The translations under genes and the position numbers were made by a program. The notes under the pieces are model-generated. The model was not told where the DNA came from. It did no database searches and was given only the letters and a program-made list of their open reading frames with translations. From an uncultured bacterium (GTDB lineage Bacteria; Verrucomicrobiota; Verrucomicrobiia; Limisphaerales; JACDHS01): a DNA stretch of 64,000 nucleotides. Below, piece by piece: positions 1 to 11,177 of this stretch; the stretch's first letter is position 1; the number at the start of each line of letters is the position of its first letter. The stretch covers positions 8,702 through 72,701 of the forward strand of contig CBHTTJ010000002.1 of assembly GCA_966095605.1 (NCBI GenBank), written 5' to 3'.

Positions 1-328
1 CGGAAGCAGGCGATTCGTGAACCAAAAGACACCAATCCGAGCAGAAACGAACGATTCGTGAACCAAAAAACACCAATCCGGGCAGAAACGAACGATTCGT
101 GAACCAAAAGACACCAATCCGGGCAGAAACGAACGATTCGTGAACCAAAAGACACCGATCCGGGCAGAAACGAACGATTCGTGAACCAAAAGACACTAAT
201 CCGGGCAGAAACGAACGATTCGTGAACCAAAAGACACCAATCCGAGCAGAAACGGACGATTCGTGAACCAAAAGACATCAATCCGAACAAAAACGAACGA
301 TTCGTGAATGAAAAAACACCGATTTGTT
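1..328. repeat. 41-bp tandem direct repeat, 8 units; array is cut by the window edge
   Basis: Unit is CAGAAACGAACGATTCGTGAACCAAAAGACACCAATCCGGG. CGATTCGTG recurs at 11, 52, 93, 134, 175, 216, 257 and 298, an exact 41-bp period. Inner units differ by 0-2 nt and the last two decay. Each unit contains the inverted repeat ACGAA-CGA-TTCGT. No ORF of 60 aa or more. Confidence 0.9.
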
Positions 329-444
329 CGGGAAGGGATAATTTCGGAAGAAAAATCTCTGAAATGTTCTCAGCGGATGAAAATTTAAGCGAAGAAGCGG
401 CGAGTTGACGTCCGACAGATTTATTTTGGAGCCAATTTACAGAC

Positions 445-864
445 TTGCGCAGAAAAAACTCTTCTTTGAAGATCGAAATCATGTTCGACGGCAAAACTAC
501 GGCGGAAACGACGACCAAAACACAGTCCTGGGATCTCAATCTGATTTTTTCAGTTCTCGCAGACCCTGTTCGACGCGGGATTATCACTTCATTGGCACGC
601 AAAGGACCTCAGACGGCCCTGGACTTCGCACCGGTGGTGACGAATCGTCGGCAGTTAATCGTTCCATTGAATCGAATCGTCAAAAATCTTGGGACGCTTC
701 GCGATGCAGGGTTGGTCATCGTCACTCCTCATCCCACCGATGGACGGAAGCAAGTATATGGTCTGAATCCCAACATTGTTGTGACCAAAACAGAAACGAC
801 TTGCGGTCTGGAGTTCGGTACTTGGTTCGTACGATTTGCCACGAACGAGGTAGTCAAGCGGTGA
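445..864 (+). CDS. ArsR-like winged-helix transcriptional regulator
   Basis: 139-aa ORF with TTG at 445 and an alternative ATG at 481. LADPVRRGIITSL ... LGTLRDAGLV ... GRKQVYGL fits the ArsR/SmtB wHTH pattern. The overlapping 405..923 frame has no recognisable features. Confidence 0.6.
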   Translation: MRRKNSSLKIEIMFDGKTTAETTTKTQSWDLNLIFSVLADPVRRGIITSLARKGPQTALDFAPVVTNRRQLIVPLNRIVKNLGTLRDAGLVIVTPHPTDGRKQVYGLNPNIVVTKTETTCGLEFGTWFVRFATNEVVKR

Positions 865-895
865 TGTTCGCTGGGCGTACCTCATTCTTCCGATC

Positions 896-2167
896 ATGTT
901 TTCCGACCGGCCCCGAATTTTAATTCTCATTACGCGTTGGGTGATCGGCGTTGTTACGCCAATGATTGCGCTCGGCCAGACGAATGTGCCGCTGCCGGCG
1001 TATCACGTTTATATGGGGAATACACATGCACACACGACTTACTCGTGGTCGCATGGAGATCACTTTGAAAAGGAGAAGGGACAAAACGGCGGCGATGCCG
1101 AGGGCAAATCAGAAAAATTAGCCATTTCGACTAACGGCGTTCAATCGGCGCCGAAAGGAAAAATCGTTCGCAAGGATTGGCAGAAACACCAGGGCTCTCC
1201 GGCGAAGCACTACGCTTTAGCGAAAGAAAATGGATACGACTTTTACGTCACAAGTGATCATTCCCAGGAAGTGGCGTTTAGCCCGACGAGTGCAACCAAC
1301 GTCGCCTGGACGGCGACAAAGCAAGAAGCTACCCAGGCGACAGACAAGGATTTCGTTGCCCTGGCGGGATATGAACATTCCGAGAACAACGGACCAGCAG
1401 GCAAGGGGCATTTGAATATTATCAATAGCTCGGAATATCTGAATGCGATGAGTCCGGGCGTTGACATTCCTGCCCTGTATCGATGGCTGAAAACAGTGAA
1501 ACCAAATGGAGTCGGTCCGGTGGTCGCTACGTTTAATCATCCGAGTCCGCGGCAGTACGACGATTGGGGAAATCGCGACGCGGAAATTACCGACATCATC
1601 ACCATGTTCGAAGTGATCAACTCCAACACTAGCCTACATGCAGGAGCATTCGTGACGGCGTTGGACAAAGGATGGAAGGTTTCGCCAGTTTGCGGGAACG
1701 ATAACCATGGATTCTGGGGTATCATCAATCACACTTCGCGCACGGCCGTGTTGGCGACGAATCTGAGCAAGGCGTCAATACTCGACGCCATGAAGCATCG
1801 CCGCACCTACGCCACGTTGGACCGGAACCTCGATTGTCGTTATAGCGTGAACGGGGCGATCATGGGTTCCACGCTAAAACCGACGGATGATTTTCAATTC
1901 GAAATTGTCATCAGTGATCCGGACACCAAAGAGCCCAGGGATAAGATCACAAAGATTGAGATCGTTAAGGACGGTGGAGGTCTCGTGAAGAGGTTTGAAC
2001 CTTTGCCCGCTCACACGATCGTCTGGAAGCCGCTCATTCACGACACGACCAACAAATATTTCTTCGTGAGAGTCTGGAGCGCAGGCGGTGCCGATGCGGC
2101 GAAGGCCAGGCCGAACGATCCCGTCGCATGGCTGGCTCCAGTTTGGACAGGACGCCAGGCTGAGTGA
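896..2167 (+). CDS. secreted PHP-domain metal-dependent phosphoesterase
   Basis: 423 aa with a hydrophobic N-terminus. PHP metal-ligand motifs are present: GNTHAHTTYS (HxH), YVTSDHS, GYEHSEN, FNHP and CGNDNHG. Confidence 0.7.
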   Translation: MFSDRPRILILITRWVIGVVTPMIALGQTNVPLPAYHVYMGNTHAHTTYSWSHGDHFEKEKGQNGGDAEGKSEKLAISTNGVQSAPKGKIVRKDWQKHQGSPAKHYALAKENGYDFYVTSDHSQEVAFSPTSATNVAWTATKQEATQATDKDFVALAGYEHSENNGPAGKGHLNIINSSEYLNAMSPGVDIPALYRWLKTVKPNGVGPVVATFNHPSPRQYDDWGNRDAEITDIITMFEVINSNTSLHAGAFVTALDKGWKVSPVCGNDNHGFWGIINHTSRTAVLATNLSKASILDAMKHRRTYATLDRNLDCRYSVNGAIMGSTLKPTDDFQFEIVISDPDTKEPRDKITKIEIVKDGGGLVKRFEPLPAHTIVWKPLIHDTTNKYFFVRVWSAGGADAAKARPNDPVAWLAPVWTGRQAE

Positions 2168-2183
2168 CGTTGGCGGTCTCGCA

Positions 2184-4484
<2,301 letters not shown>

Positions 4485-4518
4485 CTATGCGCGGCTTTTC
4501 GTTTTACCCTGTGGCCGC

Positions 4519-6324
4519 TTGAAAACGTTACATCGCTTTCCCTCGATTGCTCTCTCGGCGGTTTTATTCCTCGCCTTTGCCGGAACGTTGTCCGCAAAGA
4601 AATTGAATCTACCGCTGCGGTCAGCGGACGCGCTCAGTGGAAGTGCTTTTGCAAAAAGGGTCAGCGCACTGCCCTTGAAAGAACGGGAGGAAGCGGTGTG
4701 GAAGGAAGCGATGGCAGGGAACGTGCCGGAATTTCTGCGTGAGCTCGTTCCCGTTACCGTGAGCGAAACAACGGAAGGACGTGCGAACACCATTGTCTAT
4801 TATGTAACACCCGATTACCTGGCAATTGGCGCAAATGATGATTATTTCCCGATGCCTTTAACCCCCTTCACCGCCCAAAAAATTGCAGATCAACTTGGCT
4901 GTTCGCTGCCGACGCCGAAGATGGTGAATCAGATTTACAGCAATGCCCTCGTGAAACTGACCCCCAGCCCAATGACGCCGGGAGCGGCCATGGTGACGAT
5001 GCCTGCATTTATCGAACATAATGAAACAGTGAGAAAACAACGTGCAGAAACACTGGCAAAGTTTCCGCTCGGTTCGCTGACTGCGGGGCATAAGAAAGAC
5101 GTGGTGATTTCCAATAAACTCCTGGCGGGAGTTGGTAAAGTCGCGATCTATGGCTGGCACAAGCCGGATGGTTTGCCAATCCAGCCTGTCTATACCGGAC
5201 ACACCGCAGCGTGGGCTGATTATAGTCACGGGATTCGATTGGTGGACAGCGAGGTGAAAGTGAATGGAAAGACCAGCACACTGGAAAAGGTCTTGGGCGA
5301 TGCCGCCTTCGCGAGTTTGTTGAGCAACGAAGGACCGATGAAGCAGCCGCGTTACGTGTTGACAGAGTTTCCCGAGGAGAAAGGGAAGATCCCAGTGAAA
5401 GCGGGCACGAACGCCGTTGCGATCGCAAGCAAAGGCAGCTTCCCTAATGAAACGGTGAAGGAAATGAAATTTGAGCCCGAAGTGAGAATTCAGATCAATG
5501 CGCCGGCGACGTTAGATCCAAAGAAGAAGCTCCTGCTGATTTTCTTTACGTTACCAAATGGAAACACCATTGAGCAAAGCGTCGGCAAAGAACTAAAAGC
5601 TGGGGACGATTGGCACTTCAACATTCAACATATTGGTGCTCAGACGCGTTTTCTCCGGGAGAAACTTCCCGACCAGAATATTGTCGTCGCTTATCTCGAA
5701 AGCGGACTGAAGAGTTGGCCAGCGTGGCGCAAGAAACATGGTGATGCGGATTTGCCTAAAGTTATCGAGTTGGTGAAGAGTCAGTTCAAAGGTTTCGAAA
5801 CCAGCATTGTCCTGAGCGGACATAGTGGTGGTGGAAGCTTTATTTTTGGGTATCTCAATACACAGGAGAAAATTCCGGCTGAAATCGAGCGCATTGCTTT
5901 TCTTGATTCCAATTACGCCTACGATAGCGCGCTACATCACGCAAAGTTCACAGCCTGGTTAAAAGCTTCGGATCGACATGCCCTCCAGATTCTTGCTTAT
6001 CATGATGATATTGCGCTGCTCGATGGCAAAACATTTGTCAGCGCTGCCGGCGGAACGTGGGGGAAAAGTCATGCGATGCTTGCGGACTTTGAAAAGGATT
6101 TTTCCCTCGAGAAAAAGGTGGCCGGCAATTTGGAAAAGGACTCAGCACTCAACGGCCGCTTGCAATTCCTCCTGTTGGAAAATCCGGAGAAGAAGATTTT
6201 TCACACGGTGCAGGTGGAAAAGAATGGATTCATTCAGGTCATGCTTGCCGCAACCCCGCTGGAAGAAAAAGATTACCAATATTTTGGGGAGCGAGCGTAC
6301 TGGAAATTCATCGGCAAAGAGTGA
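4519..6324 (+). CDS. secreted two-domain protein: unknown N-terminal domain plus alpha/beta-hydrolase-like C-terminal half
   Basis: 601 aa, TTG start, signal peptide MKTLHRFPSIALSAVLFLAFAGTLSA. The first ~280 aa are paralogous to the N-terminus of the 50208..53294 product. The C-terminal half carries the nucleophile-elbow motif LSGHSGGGSF (GxSxG). Confidence 0.7.
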   Translation: MKTLHRFPSIALSAVLFLAFAGTLSAKKLNLPLRSADALSGSAFAKRVSALPLKEREEAVWKEAMAGNVPEFLRELVPVTVSETTEGRANTIVYYVTPDYLAIGANDDYFPMPLTPFTAQKIADQLGCSLPTPKMVNQIYSNALVKLTPSPMTPGAAMVTMPAFIEHNETVRKQRAETLAKFPLGSLTAGHKKDVVISNKLLAGVGKVAIYGWHKPDGLPIQPVYTGHTAAWADYSHGIRLVDSEVKVNGKTSTLEKVLGDAAFASLLSNEGPMKQPRYVLTEFPEEKGKIPVKAGTNAVAIASKGSFPNETVKEMKFEPEVRIQINAPATLDPKKKLLLIFFTLPNGNTIEQSVGKELKAGDDWHFNIQHIGAQTRFLREKLPDQNIVVAYLESGLKSWPAWRKKHGDADLPKVIELVKSQFKGFETSIVLSGHSGGGSFIFGYLNTQEKIPAEIERIAFLDSNYAYDSALHHAKFTAWLKASDRHALQILAYHDDIALLDGKTFVSAAGGTWGKSHAMLADFEKDFSLEKKVAGNLEKDSALNGRLQFLLLENPEKKIFHTVQVEKNGFIQVMLAATPLEEKDYQYFGERAYWKFIGKE

Positions 6325-6328
6325 ACTC

Positions 6329-7663
6329 TTATCCGAAAACCATTCGGCAGATAATCACGGAGGATATGACACCGATCGAATCGGCGATCAACCCGGCGGC
6401 GATGGCGTGACGAGTGCGCCGAACTGCAACTGAGCCAAAGTAAACGGAGATCACGTAGAATGTCGTCTCCGTGCTTCCGAAGATCGTCGCTGCCATGCGG
6501 GAGATGATATTGTCTGGTCCGTAATTCTTCACGATTTCCGTCAACACACCCATCGAACCGCTACCGCTGAGAGGGCGCATGATCCAAAGAGGGACCAGCT
6601 CCGGCGGGAAATGAACCAGCGTAAGAACTGGGCGAAGGGTTTCCGTAATCAAGCTGATACCGCCCGCGCTTTTGAACATCCCAATGGCGACCAAAATCGT
6701 CACAAGGAATGGAATGATGCGAATAGCTGTATTAAAACCTTCTTTTGCGCCTTCCACAAATTCCTCGTAGACCTTGATTTTACGCAACGCAGAATAAAGC
6801 GGAAAAAACGAGATGAGGAATGGAATGGCGAGCAACGAGATGGCATTGACGAAACGAACCACGCCATTCTGCACATGTTGTTCGTCAGTGACTGGAAGAC
6901 CAAGCATCTCCGGAACAGCCATTTTTACCAAAAAATAGGCGAAGCAGAGTCCAAACAACATCAGGACCGCATAACCAAATGGAGATAACGGCGGCACGAC
7001 AACCTGCTGTGGGAGCGGTGTATCAGAAGCTGCAGAAGAATTTGTGCCGGTGGATGTCGCGTCGCCGGTTGTTTGCTGCAAACGAAACATCGGCAGTCTT
7101 TCCAGAAACTTAACGGCGGTGATTCCAGCGATATTCGAGCAGATCGTTGCCAGAAAGGCCGTGCCGATGATTGCGGTCGGTTGCTTGGAACCAGCCGATG
7201 CGAGAATTGCGACCGCAGTGATCGGAAGCAATTGAACGGAAGCGGTGTTAATTGCCAGGAAGGTGCACATCGCATTCGTGGCAGTGCCCGGATGACGATT
7301 CAAACTTTCGAGATCTTTCATGGCACGAAGGCCAAGAGGAGTCGCGGCATTGCTTAATCCCAGCATGTTCGCGGCTATATTCAAAATCATCGATCCCATG
7401 GCGGGGTGTTCTGCAGGAACATCAGGAAAGAGCCAGCGCATGATCGGACGCAATGCGCGCGCCAACAACTGAACGAGGCCAGATTTTTCGGCCAGCCGCA
7501 TGACCCCGAGCCAAAGCGTCATGATGCCAATGAGGCCGATGGCCAACTCAACCGCGACCTTGGCTCCGCTGACGGCACCGTCCGTCAATTCCTTCATGTG
7601 GCCACCCATGCCGCCGATAATCACGGCAAACAGAATGAGTCCGAGCCAGATATAGTTGAGCAT
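6329..7663 (-). CDS. nucleoside-recognition (SpmA/SpmB-like fused) membrane protein
   Basis: 444-aa polytopic membrane protein. The N-half (MLNYIWLGLILFAVIIGG ... LGLSNAATPLGLRAM) resembles SpmA and the C-half resembles SpmB. Confidence 0.65.
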   Translation of the reverse strand: MLNYIWLGLILFAVIIGGMGGHMKELTDGAVSGAKVAVELAIGLIGIMTLWLGVMRLAEKSGLVQLLARALRPIMRWLFPDVPAEHPAMGSMILNIAANMLGLSNAATPLGLRAMKDLESLNRHPGTATNAMCTFLAINTASVQLLPITAVAILASAGSKQPTAIIGTAFLATICSNIAGITAVKFLERLPMFRLQQTTGDATSTGTNSSAASDTPLPQQVVVPPLSPFGYAVLMLFGLCFAYFLVKMAVPEMLGLPVTDEQHVQNGVVRFVNAISLLAIPFLISFFPLYSALRKIKVYEEFVEGAKEGFNTAIRIIPFLVTILVAIGMFKSAGGISLITETLRPVLTLVHFPPELVPLWIMRPLSGSGSMGVLTEIVKNYGPDNIISRMAATIFGSTETTFYVISVYFGSVAVRRTRHAIAAGLIADSIGVISSVIICRMVFG

Positions 7664-7724
7664 TTGCGCTTGGCTATAAACTATTCAGCCAAAACTCGGC
7701 GAGAAAATTCTGGAAGAAAAAGCG

Positions 7725-8618
7725 TTACGGGACAATCACCCGAAGCTTCTGTTCACGAACAAAAAGTTTCGCGGGAAGATGCCCGACATTTTCTCCCTCC
7801 AAGTGCAATGCGACGGCAGGGGAGGGGCTGTTTAGCGAAATTGTTTTTCCCCGGAGATATTTGGCGCCGCCGAGCCCGTGTAATTTGTTCAACATCAGAC
7901 CAGCGCCGCACTTGGCCAAGGCGATGAGATTCGCGCGAGGGAAAACAGAAACTTCCAACAAACCATCCTGCAAATCAGCCTTGGGGAAAAACTTCAGTTT
8001 CCCGCCATAGAAACGTCCATTGCCAATCAGCACCAGTTGTCCGGCGACGGTTTCCGCTCCGTTGCTGACAGTGATGTCTGGCATCTTTTCGCAGATTGCT
8101 TTGAACCCGGCAAATACGTAGGCAAGTCCGCCAACCTTTTTCTTCAGTTCCCAATTCACCAGTTCGATCGCGCGGGAATCGAGTCCTGCCCCGGCCATCT
8201 GCGCAAAGTAACGGTGCGTGGTTTTGTTTTCGCTGACAAACTCGGCGACGGGGAGGTCAATGGAAAGTTCCGTGCCTTGTTTGATCAAGGCCCAACCCTC
8301 GGCAATGTTTCCTGGAAGAGAAAGTTCCTTGGCGAAAACATTGATTGTCCCGAGAGGCAAGACGGCAAGCGCCGATTTCTTGAAACCATTGGGTTCATCA
8401 CCGATACCATTCAACACTTCATTGACTGTTCCATCTCCCCCCGCTGCAACGACGATCTCAAATCCGTCTCTCACTGCTTCCGCTGCGAGGGGGCGTGCGG
8501 AACCCGGGGCATAGGTAGGTTTCAGTGTGCATTGGCCGGAAATCTTCTCCAGCTGTTGGCGGAAGGCTGTTGCCTTCTCGCCTCGAGCTTTGGGATTGAA
8601 GATAACACAGATCGACAT
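7725..8618 (-). CDS. diacylglycerol-kinase-family lipid kinase (YegS/BmrU-like)
   Basis: 297 aa with the DAGK catalytic-domain signature VVAAGGDGTVNEV near the N-terminus. Confidence 0.8.
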   Translation of the reverse strand: MSICVIFNPKARGEKATAFRQQLEKISGQCTLKPTYAPGSARPLAAEAVRDGFEIVVAAGGDGTVNEVLNGIGDEPNGFKKSALAVLPLGTINVFAKELSLPGNIAEGWALIKQGTELSIDLPVAEFVSENKTTHRYFAQMAGAGLDSRAIELVNWELKKKVGGLAYVFAGFKAICEKMPDITVSNGAETVAGQLVLIGNGRFYGGKLKFFPKADLQDGLLEVSVFPRANLIALAKCGAGLMLNKLHGLGGAKYLRGKTISLNSPSPAVALHLEGENVGHLPAKLFVREQKLRVIVP

Positions 8619-8652
8619 CGATTCGAAGATGCTTCAACCGCGAATGAGTGCA

Positions 8653-8683
8653 ACAAAAAAGCCAGAAGCTGGTGGCTTCTGGC
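8653..8683 (-). terminator. Rho-independent terminator of the FG-GAP gene
   Basis: Stem GCCAGAAGC (8661-8669) pairs with GCTTCTGGC (8675-8683) around a 5-nt loop. An A6 run on the plus strand gives a U-tract on the minus-strand transcript. It lies 20 nt after the CDS end at 8703. Confidence 0.7.
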
Positions 8684-8702
8684 CTGGTGAGATTAAATTA
8701 GA

Positions 8703-10010
8703 TTATTTGGGAGCCACAACGTTCCATTCGAGGTTAGGTCCGAGTAGTGAAACGACGCGGCCGCGAACCAGACCTTTCAAGTACCAGGCCGTAAGAGCAC
8801 CGGTCTTTTTATTGCGGAACAGCAAATCCATCGAGCCGTCATGGTCGAAATCGTTGTTTCCAACCAGAACGAGATTCGCTGAATAGGTGGCGTTGGAGAG
8901 AGATGCGGAGCGCCAATATTGGCCGTTAGCGTGCATCAACCAAATACGCAACGAGCCGTTCGGGTGTTGGAAGATGATATCCGGCCAGCCATCGTGATTG
9001 AGATCAGCGATGGAAGCGACGCGCCAACCTGGAGGAGGAACGTAGCCATCGCGCACTTTATGATCTGTAGTAAAAGATTCAGATGAGTAAACCACAAACA
9101 AGCTGCCGTCGGGTGCTTGATAAAGGAAATCTGGATAACCATCGTTATCAAAATCAGAAAGACCCACCAATTTTGAAGTGTTATCGGGAGGTTGAAATTC
9201 CGCCAGTGACAACTCCTGCACGAAGCTTGTGTCAAAAGCGTCATTGGTGATTGTTTCACTGATGAAATTGGTATTATTAATCAGCCAAACTTTCACATTA
9301 CCGGTTTCAGTATTTTGCCAGAACCAGTCCAGCATGCCATCCTGGTTAAAATCTCGTTCTCCGACGATGCGCCACGTGGGATCGACGGTATTCCCAGTAG
9401 CGCTGTAGAGGGAATCAAGGTATATGCCCTTGACCTGATTGGAGAGTTGGATCAATCCGCGGATGGAATTGGTCATGAACCAGACCCCAAGGCGCCCGTC
9501 ATCATTCTGGTAAAGGATTTCTGCGTCGCCGTCCCGGTTCAGGTCAACCCGATTTTCTGTCCGGAAAAAGGTTCCTTTTTGGCGGCCGATCACCACAGCA
9601 GGGACGTTGGTTGAATCGAACATCACGTTGGTGAAGGTTCCTGCGAGCGGGGCGAGATTCGTAAACACGATATTTCCGACATGCCCTGAATCGTCGAGAT
9701 TCCACCAGGAAACAACGGTTGGGAAAGAGTTCGTCGTGACATCGCGAATGATTTGCATGTTGCCGCGAATTGGCACGAGTAAACCAAAGTTCTGATCCTC
9801 CAGATCTGGTTTCGAAAAAATCGAAAAAGTCCCGCTGTGGGTCAGTTCTCCTGTTCCCTTTTGGATCTTAAACGTGATGACAGTGCCATTAATGAACGGC
9901 ATTGCAGGAGTTAAGTCAGGGCGTTCGGGGACGGTTACGGCTTTCGTCGAAAACGGTTCGGAAATTAAAGCCAGGGATAGACATGCCCATGCCAGTAGGA
10001 TTTTTCTCAT
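8703..10010 (-). CDS. secreted FG-GAP/VCBS-like repeat protein
   Basis: Signal peptide MRKILLAWACLSLALIS. Repeated Ca-binding-type loops: DLNRDGDAEILYQ, DFNQDGMLDWFWQ, DFDNDGYPDFLYQ, DLNHDGWPDIIFQ and DFDHDGSMDLLFR. Confidence 0.75.
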   Translation of the reverse strand: MRKILLAWACLSLALISEPFSTKAVTVPERPDLTPAMPFINGTVITFKIQKGTGELTHSGTFSIFSKPDLEDQNFGLLVPIRGNMQIIRDVTTNSFPTVVSWWNLDDSGHVGNIVFTNLAPLAGTFTNVMFDSTNVPAVVIGRQKGTFFRTENRVDLNRDGDAEILYQNDDGRLGVWFMTNSIRGLIQLSNQVKGIYLDSLYSATGNTVDPTWRIVGERDFNQDGMLDWFWQNTETGNVKVWLINNTNFISETITNDAFDTSFVQELSLAEFQPPDNTSKLVGLSDFDNDGYPDFLYQAPDGSLFVVYSSESFTTDHKVRDGYVPPPGWRVASIADLNHDGWPDIIFQHPNGSLRIWLMHANGQYWRSASLSNATYSANLVLVGNNDFDHDGSMDLLFRNKKTGALTAWYLKGLVRGRVVSLLGPNLEWNVVAPK

Positions 10011-10236
10011 ATCGGGTGAAACATTAGTCGGATCAACACGTTAACCGCAATATATTTCAGGTGGGTAGACGCTTTTTTGCCCCGTGCCGACTAACTGGGG
10101 AAGGGCGTCGCCCGAATGCGAATCGCAAGTTTCTTGCCAAATAGGGTAAAATAAGCGGTTGCAATCTGAACACGTTGTGTTACAAAACACGGCCCCGTTT
10201 TAACGGGATTAACGAAAAGATCGATTTTTCAGGCTT

Positions 10237-10392
10237 ATGTCACAACATCCTAGTCTCCGAGCCGCCAGCACGACAGGCGGTAAACGCAATGTGCTCAAGC
10301 GCTTTGAGCGTGTTGAACTTCTCAAGAAACGCGGCCAATGGAAAGAAGGCGACCGCGTTGTCGGCCTTCGCAAGACGAAGCCCGCGGAATAA
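10237..10392 (+). CDS. small (51 aa) highly basic protein; candidate PVC-type small basic protein
   Basis: My own translation, since the ORF is below the track cutoff: MSQHPSLRAASTTGGKRNVLKRFERVELLKKRGQWKEGDRVVGLRKTKPAE, ATG 10237 to TAA 10390-10392. It resembles, from memory, a small basic protein family restricted to Planctomycetes, Verrucomicrobia and Chlamydiae. It lies just upstream of a pseudouridine synthase gene. Confidence 0.45.
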   Translation: MSQHPSLRAASTTGGKRNVLKRFERVELLKKRGQWKEGDRVVGLRKTKPAE

Positions 10393-10466
10393 TCATTAGT
10401 GCCTTTACGAGTTGATGCGCGGTGGCAAACACCGCGCATTTTCTCTTTTTGGCCAACTACGCACGC

Positions 10467-11177
10467 ATGTTGCGTCTGCAAAAGTTTTTGGCTGATGCCG
10501 GGATAGCTTCGCGCCGCGCCAGTGAACAAATCATCACGGAGGGGCGCGTTTCTGTTAACGGGAAAACCGTTACTACCCTCGGGACGAAGATTGATCCGCT
10601 GCATGACCGCGTCCTCGTCGATGGACGCCCCATCAAGGCAAAGCGCAAATTATATATCGCGCTCAACAAGCCCCCCCGTTTCATCTGCACCAGGGCCGTG
10701 GACGACGATCGCCCGAAAATCGGCGAACTGCTTCCTGCGGAGTGGAGTAATTTATTTTCCGTGGGACGTCTTGATTATGCCAGTGAAGGGTTGATCTTCC
10801 TCACCAATGATGGCGACTTTTCGCTGAAACTCACGCATCCGCGTTATGGAATTTCCAAGACGTATCTGGTGACGGTGGAGGGAAAAGTGGAACCCGAGGT
10901 GCTACAGAAATTTTTAGAAGGTGTCCGTGACGAGGGGGAACTCTTGCGGGCGCAAAAAGCAAAAATCCTTTCGGCGACCAAGGCTCAAAGCGTCGTTGAG
11001 ATGGAGTTGACTGAAGGCAAGAACCGCGAAGTGCGTCGGTTGTTTGAATCGCAGAATTTTACGGTTAAAAAATTGCAACGAACCAGAATAGGTAAAATAA
11101 AGCTCGGGGAGTTGCCGCTTGGAAAATGGCGAGCGTTGACAGAACCCGAGATTAAATCTCTACTTCCCGAAATATGA
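10467..11177 (+). CDS. rluB: pseudouridine synthase, RluB/RsuA family with S4 domain
   Basis: S4 domain (LQKFLADAGIASRRASEQIITEGRVSVNGK) and catalytic motif VGRLDYASEGLIFLTNDG. Start placed at ATG 10467; the ORF extends upstream to 10422. Confidence 0.85.
   Translation: MLRLQKFLADAGIASRRASEQIITEGRVSVNGKTVTTLGTKIDPLHDRVLVDGRPIKAKRKLYIALNKPPRFICTRAVDDDRPKIGELLPAEWSNLFSVGRLDYASEGLIFLTNDGDFSLKLTHPRYGISKTYLVTVEGKVEPEVLQKFLEGVRDEGELLRAQKAKILSATKAQSVVEMELTEGKNREVRRLFESQNFTVKKLQRTRIGKIKLGELPLGKWRALTEPEIKSLLPEI

Noticed and set aside
1-328. Possible CRISPR array or coding repeat
   Set aside because: Whole 41-bp units are repeated head-to-tail with no unique spacers. The period is not a multiple of 3 and no ORF of 60 aa or more spans it.
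405-923. 172-aa plus-strand ORF overlapping the wHTH gene in another frame (also 655..930 minus)
   Set aside because: The sequence is Arg/Ser-rich and featureless. The 445..864 frame has a recognisable ArsR-type wHTH pattern.
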